64,000 bases of DNA. It comes from Dicyema japonicum. Taxonomy: Eukaryota; Animalia; Dicyemida. Positions 36,460 to 48,413 of the stretch are shown one piece after another. Positions within the stretch are counted from its first letter, which is position 1; every line of letters begins with the position of its first letter. The stretch lies in contig RDEW01000030.1 of NCBI GenBank assembly GCA_011109175.1, positions 304,094-368,093 on the forward strand. The letters run 5' to 3'. The notes below the pieces were generated by a model. The model was given only the letters and a program-made list of their open reading frames with translations. It had not been told where the DNA came from and made no database searches. The translations under genes were made by a program, and so were the position numbers.

Positions 36460-38883
36460 AGTTAAAATTTTTTCACAAATAAATTTTGGACTTTGTTTTC
36501 TAATTTGTATTGCTTCACAACGTGTTTAGAGTTAGGGAACTTGCTATTAATTACCTGTTAGTACTTTGAATTACTCTGTGGACATTTTCAATCCGTATAT
36601 AGTTATACTACAATTTTTCCATTCGAGGAGGAGAAGCCATTGGTATGGGATGTCACGTGCATCCATCCAACGTTGTTGACCATACCGTCTGATGACATTG
36701 AAGACCGTGAGTTCTTATTAAAGATTGTAAACCTGGGGTTAATAATAATCCAACATTTTTGGGAGTGCGGTAGACAGACTGTATGATGAAGGCCAAGGAG
36801 GAAAATATGAAATGTTTCTTGATAACCAACTTGCGAATACAAGTCCACCACGGAGTTAACGTTTTCTTTGGTGTGGAGTCGATATTTCCTTATTGAATGA
36901 ATGCAATATCAAAAAGTGTCTTTCATGAATCTTTGAGTAATATTTTGAGAAATGTCACTAATCCGGGTATTATTCTCCAGTATGCGCTGGGATCACGTTC
37001 CTGAATCTAAAAGTGGATAATCTGAAATCGCCCGGTAACTACAGGCCGATTACATGTATGCCAACGCTGTACAAATTTGTAGATATAACGGGATCTTTTC
37101 TACTAGTCAACTTGGTACTACGCGTGAATTCCAGGGATCAAAGGAACTAGCACTTATTAACAAGCATCATAACTACGGCTTCATCATTCTTTGCAGCTCG
37201 GAATCCATCGCTTCTACTAATCAGCGATAGAAACCGCAGATACACGTAAATTGGGAAGAACTCCACGCCTATCCAAATTATAATGAAAAAAGAGCGTCGT
37301 GGATTCAGAAACGCTTTGTGTACTATGGAAGCTCTCGATCCTGTTGAGGTCTACAGGGATCACTTAATTAGACGGCTTAACAACCTTCTTGATGTTCCCT
37401 TTTTCGGGGTTCGGTAATAATAATAAATTTCTTGTGATGAACACGTTTATTTCTGCTGATCTCGTTGGAACACTTCCTTCGGATCTACTATGAATGAACT
37501 TATAGGAAAACAATGAGACCCAGTGGTCCAAGGGCTGTTTGGCATACAAAAAACTGTTAGTCCTATAAGTGGACTAGGGGGATAGATGGATATTTAACTT
37601 TAGTTATTGATTATTATAGCTGAGTCATGTGAATTCTGAAAAAAACCACACCTCTCCAAATTCTAGTGAATGAAGAGCATTGTGGATACAGAAAAACAGT
37701 GGATAGCTCAGAATAATCTAAAAATATATCAGAACCACCTTGAATTGCACGAGCTCTTCCTGACTTCATCTTTTTTCCCTCTCAGCCTGCAACTTCCAGA
37801 ATTTTCAGATTCCAAAATGGAGGCCTTCGAAGAATTATTGGATGCAACAGATTCACATCGTCCCACCACTTTTACTGGAAAACCATCATTCTGCCATCAG
37901 CTCCACGAGGAACCTCCAATTTTTAAAGGAAACCACGGAACCGGACCACTCTTGCCACTTCTTGAACCACATATAGAACTGCCGTATGATATTCCCTACC
38001 ATAGAGAACCTGTTTCTCGAATTGGAAAGATTCCTCAGCCACCACTTGATAAAACCAAGTCAAAGACAACACATGACCACGTCTCTACCAAAGCAATCCG
38101 AAGACTAGTTTGGAACGATCTACTGGATGTCCCTTTCCACTGTTGGATGACTCGGAGACTACCCTCGACAGAGAAACAAGGAGGACCCTAACACAATTTC
38201 GTTCTGGATACTTCCGCCTAACATACCAATCGAGCTCTTGGCTTCCCTATCGGACCAATTGTCATTGATTCTACAAGAAGCTGTCTCTTACTCGAGACCT
38301 CCGGAGTACATCAGAGACCTATGAAAGCGTTCAGTACTAGCTGTTGCACGCCTGAGGACACCCAGCCTCCTACAAAGTAGCGAGATCGGGGTTAATAACT
38401 AACTGGTAGACTAGATTGTTAGCGACATGAGATCTTATAATTTATTATCGACATGAACTTTTTTAAGTTTTTGAGTTTTTCAGACTTTTCTACGTAAATT
38501 AAACCGAGACTTTTCCTGTACTCGATACTTCATTGTTCAGAACTTTGGGTTTCTGATGTCTCCCGAGTTCATCCATGAAACAGAAGCTTAATAAACATTT
38601 TGTGTAATTGAACGACACTACCATCTCGCCACTAACTACTAAGGTGTGATCAAATTGTAATCACATATTAAAAATATCACGTGATTCACGTATGTGGTGG
38701 CATTGCTCATTTGAAGTGTTAAAAAGAGTCACAAACTCGCTTCCAGAGACATGGATGGAGTATACTTTACTCCTCTCCTGCAAGGAAGTCAAGCAAATCG
38801 TATTTCAAATATCACTATAACATTTATTACCAAAGAAGAAAAAACATAAAATTTTAAAAAATTTCACAAAATTAACTGTAATT

Positions 38884-40496
38884 CTAAAAGCCAGTCTTAT
38901 GCCTGACTAACTCAATGCAAGTACAAGCATCAATGAAGCTGTCATGTCCATTAATATCTTCGATAATATATCAAACAACCGTTCTGTATCACTTTATTCA
39001 AAAAATTAAGCGCCAAAGTCCTAAGAGCACACCTATAGGGGAGTCCCATTCTGTGAGGAAATATCACAGAGGTGTCCACCACGGTTTCATGTAAAAGCTA
39101 CAATCACAACAATAACGACTTTAAGGGAGACAAGGTCATTATTCAAGCTGTGTCCAATCAAAATTGATTTACTACACAGAAGACTCACAATCACGTTCTG
39201 AACATCTTTTAAGGTTGTCCTTGTTTCCTTCAAGTTCTCCTCCGTGATCCCACTGAATCTGACACTAACAACCCACGAGACCTTGTATTGTAGTCTATTA
39301 TCTTTCCTAAGGGAAGCACGTGCGAATCATACACCAACTGCAGGTCGTGGTCGACCACACTGATCCTCGCTAACTCGATTCCTTCCGTCGTATAGATCAT
39401 TTCGCAGTCAATCGCGTAAATTCCACACTCACAGTCCTTCCCACCACAATCTGGGGCTCTCACATAACCACTTGTTTCTGCACCTTCATATACGTGGTAC
39501 TAAATTTGGAAGAGATCCTACCCTTGCCGAAGAACATGGAGGAGCTGAGCTGTCAATTGAATTACAGCACGAATAAGTTGGTTCACTGTTCTTTTTGAGT
39601 CTCAAAAGCTTGGAGGGATGATGGTAGCACATATCCTCCAGTGGTTCCCTCAAATAATCACTCTTTGGATTGAATATAGCCTTGCAGCGAATACACGTGG
39701 CCAAACCATCGGATCTTCTGACTGAAATTAAATGTGGAGTACCTTTAGGGCCATATTGAGAAGGGAATAATTTAACAGAGGCCGGATTATCATAATCAAA
39801 GGTCGGATAACCAAAACTTAATCTATTTTCCTCTGACAAGATATACTGAGTTAACCCTGCTCTAATCAGTTTCCCTATTAAATATTAATAAAAGGGGACA
39901 GTCAATGGAAGTCACATTCTTTACTTCCTCGTCATTCGTGAGCTTATTATTGCCGGCCTTAATGTCCGATCTAATCTTCCTAACAAACATGTTCGACAGG
40001 TTCCTGTAGGAGTCCAGACACTTGGATTTCTTGGAAATGTTTTTCTCAGTCGCTTTGACAATGGAGACGGCTGTTACCCGATCTTTCTCGGGATAAAGCT
40101 TAAAGGCTTCTTTCAATAAGAAGGCGACCATGTCCTGTCGGACTTTCCGTGATATCACACAGTCATGTTCGTTGTGAATCCAAATTAGTCCACTGACATC
40201 AACTGACTAGAATATTTGATATCCATTACTTTGTGTACAGCGTTTTTAGGTTCTTCCTTATTATTGGCTGATGCCTCTCTGTTGGGCTCCTCAACGCGGA
40301 TCTTTGGTTTGATGAAGGTAATGCTTTCGACAAAGTCTTCCATCTCCTGTTTTGACATAGAGGTGGACAGTTGATTCGTTTTAGAATCCTTGGGGGAGCT
40401 GATCAGCATTATTTCATCGTCTGAATCATATCCAAATATATCTGTTGATTTTAACAATCCGCAATCTCCACTACGATCAGAAGTTAATTCAGCCAT
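38884..40496 (-). CDS. REXO1: RNA exonuclease 1-like DEDDh exonuclease, 491 aa, 6 introns
   Basis: Introns 40207-40229 (23), 39875-39899 (25), 39500-39521 (22), 39259-39281 (23), 39098-39119 (22), 38958-38979 (22) give 1476 nt. Motifs: CIRCKAIF...CYHHP...YSCC, IYAIDCEMIYT, IDYNTRFSGITEE, ILIGHSLNNDL, VVDTSVIFPH, GHDSFIDA. Confidence 0.93.
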
Positions 40497-43033
40497 ATTA
40501 CAGAATACTAGTTATTTAAACTTATATCATTACTTTATTATTTTTTTATAATATTAAAGAATTTAAAATAGAATATTTAAAAATATTTTCAAAAAAATGG
40601 ATTTATTTAATGACTTAGTGCAAAAGATTAATAAGTTTTCCAATATATTTATGTCGCATCAATATTTCGGCCACATGGCGCCATGTGGTGGTGCGGCTAA
40701 TTGGTTGAAGATTTCTGTTTGTTTCGTCTGTTTCTCCTCTTTCCATTTTTACTAGAGTGGCTTCATGTTTTTTTTATTTATAAATAAGCTGAAAATTCGG
40801 AACCCAAATCGCAAGCAGGAACCAAAAAATATACATAAAAGTAAAAAGATTTACGAAGCCCGTCGCTTGGTCACATGTGACTACTTGATTGAAGATTTCT
40901 TTCTTTCTAGTGGCGTCATCGGATCCACTTTACATAGGAGACCCCCGATGTTTGGCCGGTATTCAAAAGGATCCATCTCTTCTCTATTTCATTTACCGTC
41001 TACGAGATCTGGTTTCGACCTCAGCTTCTCGGACAATGTCCTCCGGAAGACTATGCTTTAATGAGTACTCTACTGGAATGTGTAAGGATAGAGGGATTAG
41101 TATAACTAATGTGATCCTTAGAACTGATGACTAGCTAATGTTTCAAGAATTCTTCAAAACATATGGGGAAAAGTTCTGAGGTCATACGCAACAACGCTTC
41201 CTGAAGTCCTTAATAGTGACCTGAGACCAGTGAACAGAATAAGAAGACGGTGAAGACCTCAGTAGTCTGCGGAGTCTGGTATCGAACAGGAGAGGGTGAG
41301 AGACTAGCATCGAGAATCACAAAATTCTGAGTCCTTTTAAAATGAAAAGTAACTAAAGCAAACTATTGTTTTCTATTCTATGGTTGTATTTTTGTTAATC
41401 GCGTTGATATAATTTTTTCAAAGTTTCTCGTTTAGACGAATGCATGATTCGCAAATGATACAACAACCTTGGTTGTTTGACAATGCAGTATTCCATATTT
41501 GGCAATACGGCTTTGTTTTATTACTAGAATTCCATGACCTTAAAAATATTAAATAGCAACTCTCTTTCGCCGCTCTGTGCCGAAAATCCAACTTCCTACA
41601 ATGCTCTAATGGATTGTGTATTACTAGAAGACTTTACATCACCCCTCTTGTATTCCTTTCAAAACCCTCCCGTCCTCAGAGAAGCTGTGTTGGATCTCGG
41701 AAGGTCCACCGGAAAAAGATGAGAGACCTGATGGAGGCGGCCGGGATCACCAAATTAGTTTAATACAATTAAATTAACTATTGGTGTTCTTGGGTTAACT
41801 AAATAAATAGCAACTCTCAGGTTGAGAAATACTGGTCTATAGGACTCACACGCTACAACAAAAGTTAAGAACCTTCTTGGTCTTTTTTAAATTAGTTACC
41901 ATACCTCTATTTACTTTAAATAAAGTGTATATCCTGCCCATACAGAATTATAGCTACCGCGTAGGAAGAAAGCCAATATTGGACGAGGGACATTTAAAAT
42001 ATAATTGGTCAGGCCCCGGAGGATCTGGACTCTCCCCTGAGGTATCTCATCTTCCAGTCATTACTCAGTAATCTTACATATATAGGCAAGTCGCACCCTT
42101 CCAAACGGAAGACAGCTATTTTTTTCACTGTCACCTTCACTGGTCTCAATAGTTTATCCTGGTCCTCATTCAAATTTGGACCTCATACGGAGAGCAACTT
42201 TATAGCGGATCACTATGCCTTTTTCAACAAAATAATTTTTCTCTCCTCGGAGAGGGTCTGTTTTGAGCACATTTTTATTTAACCGCGTAATGGGCGAAAT
42301 ACCTCAGAGATAGTATGAAGACAAAGAAGGAAGTAAGTTGTTGAGCTTCGATAGATCAATAAAAAATTCCATTAAAAGGGATGCAAATTTGATCCAAAAT
42401 ACCATCCAGTAGTTTCCACAGCTTAAACTTCAATTTGGGCACGACACACACTGTTATTTCATGGATCTTAGGAAGAGGGCAAAGGCATCAGGAATGTTCT
42501 TAACTCTTTTTGTCGTGCGTGACTCCCTGTATACAATCCGGTTCCGAAATGATGTAACACCGACGATAGTGCCACTCGCCAAGCAAGGAAGCATTATGGA
42601 ACTTTCAGACGTGATAATGGCAGCAAGATTCGAATCAGAAAGCACCCAAATTCTGTCTGGAATTTATGACACTATGCCACTCCGAGTTTAGTGTAAGGGG
42701 CCATTAAGCGGAAAAGAAATATATAATGTCTCATTTTAGTTGAACCCACTAGCCTTACTGCAAGCACATCTCGTGAAAAAAAAATCGATACACTACTAAA
42801 TGAAATGTTTTTCAACTAACTCAACCTTACCCCTGGGAACGGAATTACTAATACCTATACAAAAACCCAATAACCCAAAAGGACCGGTTGAAAACTTACA
42901 ACCATTATCAAATTCTCTACGGAAAGTCTCAGCTAACATTGTATTAGAACGAATAAAAGGACCCGCCTATTAATACCTACCCGAAGAAAATACACGCTGA
43001 AATATCGGAGATTATGTCGCGGTTAAACTATTT

Positions 43034-46000
43034 GTGCTCGATTGCACATGTGGATTTAATGGAAACGATGACCTTGGCTTTGAAGAAGCAAGGTCACCTA
43101 AATGTTTGAAGCAAGGACTAAAAATAGTGCTAGTGAATGCCCGATCCCTAGGGAAAAGGCATAATGAACTAGCACTACTTGCGAGGACCTCCAAGATCGA
43201 CATCTTGGTGGTCAATGAGACGAAATTAAAGAAAGCGAAGAGTAATATAATGACTGGATACAATTCTGTGGACGTTTTATGGAAGGCTGGAGCAGTTGCT
43301 GGTACGGGAACGTCTATTTTCTACCGGGACTGCCTCCGAATTCGTAATCCAAAAGTCGTTTGTGATGTATTGTGTGAATTTGTAAGCATGGAAGTTTGTT
43401 GCGACGGAGTATGGATTAGTGTTGGAGGTCTATACTCCAAGAATCTTGAGACTTGTTCTACAGATATCACTGAGTTCTACAACAAGAATCCCTATACTAT
43501 CTTAATTGGGGATCTTAATTCGAAGAACACTAGTTATGGTTGTAGCAAGACAAATCAGGATGGACGACGTTTAGAATTATTGTCTGATTCATGTGGCTTT
43601 GTGATCCTTACGTCGGATGACCCAAATCATTTTTCTTATCATGGTGGCGACAAACTCGGCGTATTCCTAGTATCGCCAGCTCTATCTGTGTATGTGGGAA
43701 AGCCAAAAACTCTATGGGATATCGGGAGTGACCATATTCCACAAGAATTAGTTATCACTTTGAGACCAGATGTTATGGAAGATGTCTTCTTGAGGTTCAA
43801 CATATCTAACTTGGATTGGGCCCACTATAGGGTCTTCATATCCAATAATTTGTGTGTTCTACCGAGAGAGTTTTCAACCATAGAAGGTATCAATGCTGCA
43901 AGTAGAGAATAACAAATCTACTGCAGTCATATCTTCATCTGTATTCACGAAGGGTTTTCTCAAAAAAATCATTATTTTGTGTCGCCAATTATTATGAGGC
44001 TTATTCGTGAGAGGAATCGCCTAAGGACAAAGCAAAGGCGTTGTGTCGACAAAATAGACGGGAAATTCATATCAGACAGAATTAGGATGATGAAGGAAGC
44101 AATCATGAATATATGGAAGGAAGAGACTGACCGTATATGGAAGGCTGAGGCTGCGAAAATTGATATAAAGAATCCCTCTTTTTGGAAATGCTATCAGAAG
44201 ATAATGTGTCCGAAGTCGGGAGCAGAAAAAATTATATTGAATAAACCAGACGGGGGAATATGCATAACGGAGGAAACACCTTCGATATTCAGGGATCAGC
44301 TCCAAAAAATTCAGGGTGTGGATCCGTGGAGTTTGATCCCTGATGACAAAAAGAAGGTGTCTGCCGATATATTTAAACACTCCGACGAGGAACTACCTAT
44401 TGCTGATAGCACTGTCAGCATCTTTGAAGTGATGACAGCTATCAGGGAATGCAAGGTCAATGCTCCAGGATATGACCACATATCAATGAAACTTATCAAA
44501 GAGGGTCCGGATATTTTGTTTGACTATCTGCGATGTCTTTATGATGGGTGTTTACGACTTGGCCACCTGCCTTTAATATGGAAGAAAGCTGTTGTGAGGA
44601 TGATTCCAAAACCAGGGAAGCCAAAGAGAGATCCGGCAAGCTACAGACCAATTAGCTTAATATGTTCTTTCGCGAAAGTGATTGAACGTATCATTTTCAA
44701 AAGGCTAAGCAGACATATAGAAGAGAATGACTTTCTGATTCCGGAGCAGTGGGGTTTTCGTTTCTGAAGAGGCTGTGCAGACTGTTTCCTTCTACTGAAT
44801 TCTGAAATCATGAAAGCAAAGGATTCCAAGAACAAATAAACTTATTATGTCTTGATATCTCGAAAGCATTTGACAGTGTATGCCATGAGGAGTGCGGAAA
44901 AAAAGTCAAGTGGAAAAAAGGTCAAGCGGAAAAAAAGTCAAGTCGTCTTTTTTTAGTTTATATCGCATTTTTTGTGATACTACTAGCATCTTTTAATTTT
45001 TAAAAATTTTTTCAATACTTGACTTTTTTTCCGCTTGACTTTTTTTCCATTTTTTGAAAATTTTTCCCTTATAAATTTCGAAATTTAGCGCAAAAATGGA
45101 AAAAAAGTCAAGTCCGCTAACGAAAATCACGGACTTGACTTTTTTTCCGCTTTGGTATAATCGCTTTGACTAAATCAATTTAAGAATTTCTAGGTAATAA
45201 TAAAAATTTTTTTTTTATTATCAAATGAAGTTCCGTAATTTCGTTAACGGACTTGACTTTTTTTCCGTTTATAAGGGAAAAATTTTCAAAATGGAAAAAA
45301 GTCAAGTATTGAAAAATATTTAAAAATTAAAAGATGCTAGTAGTATCACAAAAAATGCGATTATAAACTAAAAAAAGACAACTTGACTTTTTTTCCGCTT
45401 GAACCTTTTTTCCACTTGACTTTTTTTCCTACAACCATGCCATGAATCGTTGTTAATCAGCTTGTGTTCCAAGATATCTATTTGTTTGGCTAAGAAATTA
45501 TCTTCAGGAAAGACAATATTTTGTGAAGGTGTGTGGAAATATATCCGATACAACATCATTCAGAGAGGAGTACCACAAGGTTCAGTATTGAGCCCTATTT
45601 TGTTTAATATATTTATGGCGAGTTTTCCACGTCGAGGAATATTAATACGTAATCGTGTGGACACATCTCTAAAATCTTCTATATCTGAAGGAAGAATCCG
45701 GGAGGATGTCGACCAGATTGAGCATTGGTGCAAACTTGAGAGGGCTAAAAGCTCTCTGCTGAAAATCTTGCGCACCTCCGAATAAGCAGTTTGAAAAAGC
45801 ACCTGAAACAAAGAATACACACTGGGAGTAAAACAATTCACACAGTCTGCGCTACCTGGGGTCGACTATGGACACGCAGGAGATTACATGGACGACATAA
45901 AGGGGAGGAGAAAGAGAGCCTTTCAGTCGCTCCTATGTACACGGAAGTTACACTTTAGCCGTGACACTTACCTGTTTATCTTCAAGGGAGTTTATTCTCC

Positions 46001-46250
46001 CTAGCCTACTTTATGGGTGCGAGGGTGGTTCTTCTCTCCGAAAAGGGACAAGATCTTATCCCTCCTAGGGAAGACTAGAAGAGCCGCAATTAAGCTCTCC
46101 TTAAACAAGAAACTGAAAGACTGTCTAATCGAGGACGAGAAAACAAGCTCTTAGAACTGATTAGCAAGATTGTGGAGGATCGAATCGATGGTTTCAGGAG
46201 GAGATCAAAGGTCCAGGACACACGTATATAAAAGCTGGGAGAAACGTCCT
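43034..46250 (+). mobile_element. Near-complete ORF2 of a Jockey/I-group LINE (APE + RT), inactivated and split by a MITE
   Basis: VNARSL, VVNETKL, IGDLNSK, SDHIP (APE); APGYDHI, WKKAVVRMIPKPGK..SYRPISL, QWGFR, LDISKAFDSVCH then E, GVPQGSVLSPILF (RT). Homologous C-terminal piece at 33900-34440. Confidence 0.92.
44889..45436. mobile_element. 548-bp foldback-type MITE, Mutator-like, with 9-bp TSD
   Basis: ATGCCATGA at 44880-44888 and 45437-45445; GG..CC termini; about 180-bp inverted arms built on GGAAAAAAAGTCAAG/CTTGACTTTTTTTCC units; removal restores the RT frame DSVCHESLL. Confidence 0.92.
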
Positions 46251-47005
46251 GAAAAAAGATTAATAATAAAAAAAAGAAGGGTCCAGGTGTGGAGTCCAAG
46301 CCTTTATTGGTAGGACTCAGATGTAATACCTTCCAAAAATCTCCTTAACTCTTTGTCAATAAATCGTTGTTGTTGTGTTGTTTATCGAACCAATCCTCCT
46401 ATACAACTCTGGGCCACTTCAAAAAGAGGAATTGGAGAAGCTAGACTCTTTTCACAGGAATCCATCTAAAAATCATAACTTGGAATGTCCCGGCCATCCA
46501 AGATCTCGAGGAAAAAACTTTACAATATGTGTGATTGTACACCAGTAAGCTCTCGTTAGAGACTCTTTGGACACGTCCTGAAGTTGGACCTGACATCCCC
46601 CCCCCCGAATATCGCCATGGAAGATTACTACTCCTCCCATGTAAAACGCTTTCGTGGAAGACCAAGAACAACCCTCCCTGTCGTTTTACAAAACGATCTG
46701 AAAGGCGTAGAGAAAACATCGGCATCTGGTGACGACCTGGACACACTGAAGGATCAGGCTAAAAACAAAAAAGTCTGGAACAAGCTAACTCATTCTCGTC
46801 CAAGAAGTACTCATCGTCTCACCGGTTTGACGAGAATCGACCTTAGCTGAAATGTTCATCTTTCAGATTCCAACTCACAACTTTAAGATCCGATGTCATC
46901 AGACGTTACGTTCAGACAAGAAAGCTACTACCTCGTTTGACATTAACTGTTTTTTTCAAATAAAAAAAATAATTTAATATATCTAATTTATCTAGAAAAC
47001 ATGAA

Positions 47006-47232
47006 TACAGTCCACTGTATTAAAGCGGACCCTAGAGAGCCTGACACTGGAGTATAGGAGGCAGAGCCCTGAGATGCCATATGGGCAGAGGGTTCAATTG
47101 GACAAGGCGCTCTCTGAGTTGTTTCAGCAACCAGAATCGAACCTGCCTGAGGAGGCTGGCGAACAGGCAGGCGAGGAAAGTTGTTGATTATTAAATATAT
47201 TAATTTTTTTATTGTTTGTTAAATAAAGTGGG
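47006..47232 (+). mobile_element. Young 5'-truncated copy of the R4-like element
   Basis: About 4 mismatches against the reverse complement of 32367-32593. Confidence 0.9.
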
Positions 47233-47272
47233 ACTCAATTTTATTAAATTTTTAAATTATTTTAAATCGAAG

Positions 47273-48413
47273 ATGCGGTTTGTAATGAGATACCTTTTTG
47301 TAATCATCATATTTTTACTTTTAATTTCCATTTTAATCAAGTTGATTCCTGAAACCGATGTAAAAAGAATAAATTAAAATAGTTTTGTTGTTATAATTTC
47401 CACAGAATGAAAAAATAAAATCTTTTAAAATCGAAAATTTCAAAATCGATTTTAAATTTAACGACGAATCAATAGTTATCCTCGTTCAGGTCCACAACAG
47501 ACTTAACTACTTGAAGAAACTGATCATGTCTCTTAACAAGGTTAACGGAATCAACGAAAGCTATGTAATATTTTCCTTCGATTTGTTTACCCCTGAAATT
47601 GTGGATTATATTGAAGAAAATTCAAAGTTTTATTTTTCAATAATTTACTTTCCATGTGCTTTGAACCCAACAAGTAGATATTCAAATGCCTTAAACCAAA
47701 AGTCACCTATTAATATCAAACACCACTGGACGTGGAAGTTGTGCTATGTCATGGAATCACTGAGAATTAGGTTGAACTTTTTGGGGTATGTCTTGCTGTT
47801 GGAGGAAGATTATATCGTCTCTCCTGACATTCTAGCATTTTCGAAGGTTCTTATAACCAAGGTGGAGGATTCTGATCAAGAACATTTTCTCCTACTGGGG
47901 ACATTCCACGATACGAATGCTGAGATTGATAAATATGTCATTGATTCCTTCCAAGAAAATCTCGGTCTTGCGATAAATTACAGGACCTTTTCGAAACTGA
48001 AAAAGTATTCGAAGGAGTTTTGCAAATACGATGACTACAACTGGGATTTCTCGATGATCTATTTGAGTGAAAGTGTGACAAAGAACCGAATAAAGATATA
48101 TGCTAGTCCATTCAAACGAGTACAGCATATTGGAAAGTGTGGGTTTCACGCTAAATCCCCCAACTGCAATTCTGAAAGGGAGTTTGCCAAGTTATATTCT
48201 TTATGGGATTTTATAAGCGGGAAAAAACATTACGATGATATTTACTTGCTTTCCAATAACTATGGAAAATTCAGAGAAGTAAATGTTGGTGGTTATGGGG
48301 GTTGGAAGTATCCATATAATGAGTATTTGTGTAAAAATTATTTTAATATTGAAAAATTAATATCCTCTTTTAAAGAACCAACCTGTTTGGATCTTGAAAA
48401 AATTGATTTTTAA
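47273..48413 (+). CDS. MGAT2: Alpha-1,6-mannosyl-glycoprotein GlcNAc-transferase II (GT16), type II membrane protein, 364 aa, 1 intron
   Basis: N-terminal hydrophobic segment MRFVMRYLFVIIIFLLLISILIKLIP; a 46-nt intron 47360-47405 joins it in frame to ILVQVHNRLNYL, KHHWTWKL, LLLEEDYIVSPD, FCKYDDYNWDFSM, RVQHIGKCGFH. Confidence 0.9.

Noticed and set aside
37670-38191. 173-aa plus-strand ORF
   Set aside because: No recognisable motif or intron structure; flanked by LINE debris, and the minus strand has an APE-like IALVETW. Left unassigned.
42454-42691. Overlapping ORFs on both strands
   Set aside because: No family motif recognised; embedded in LINE fragments.
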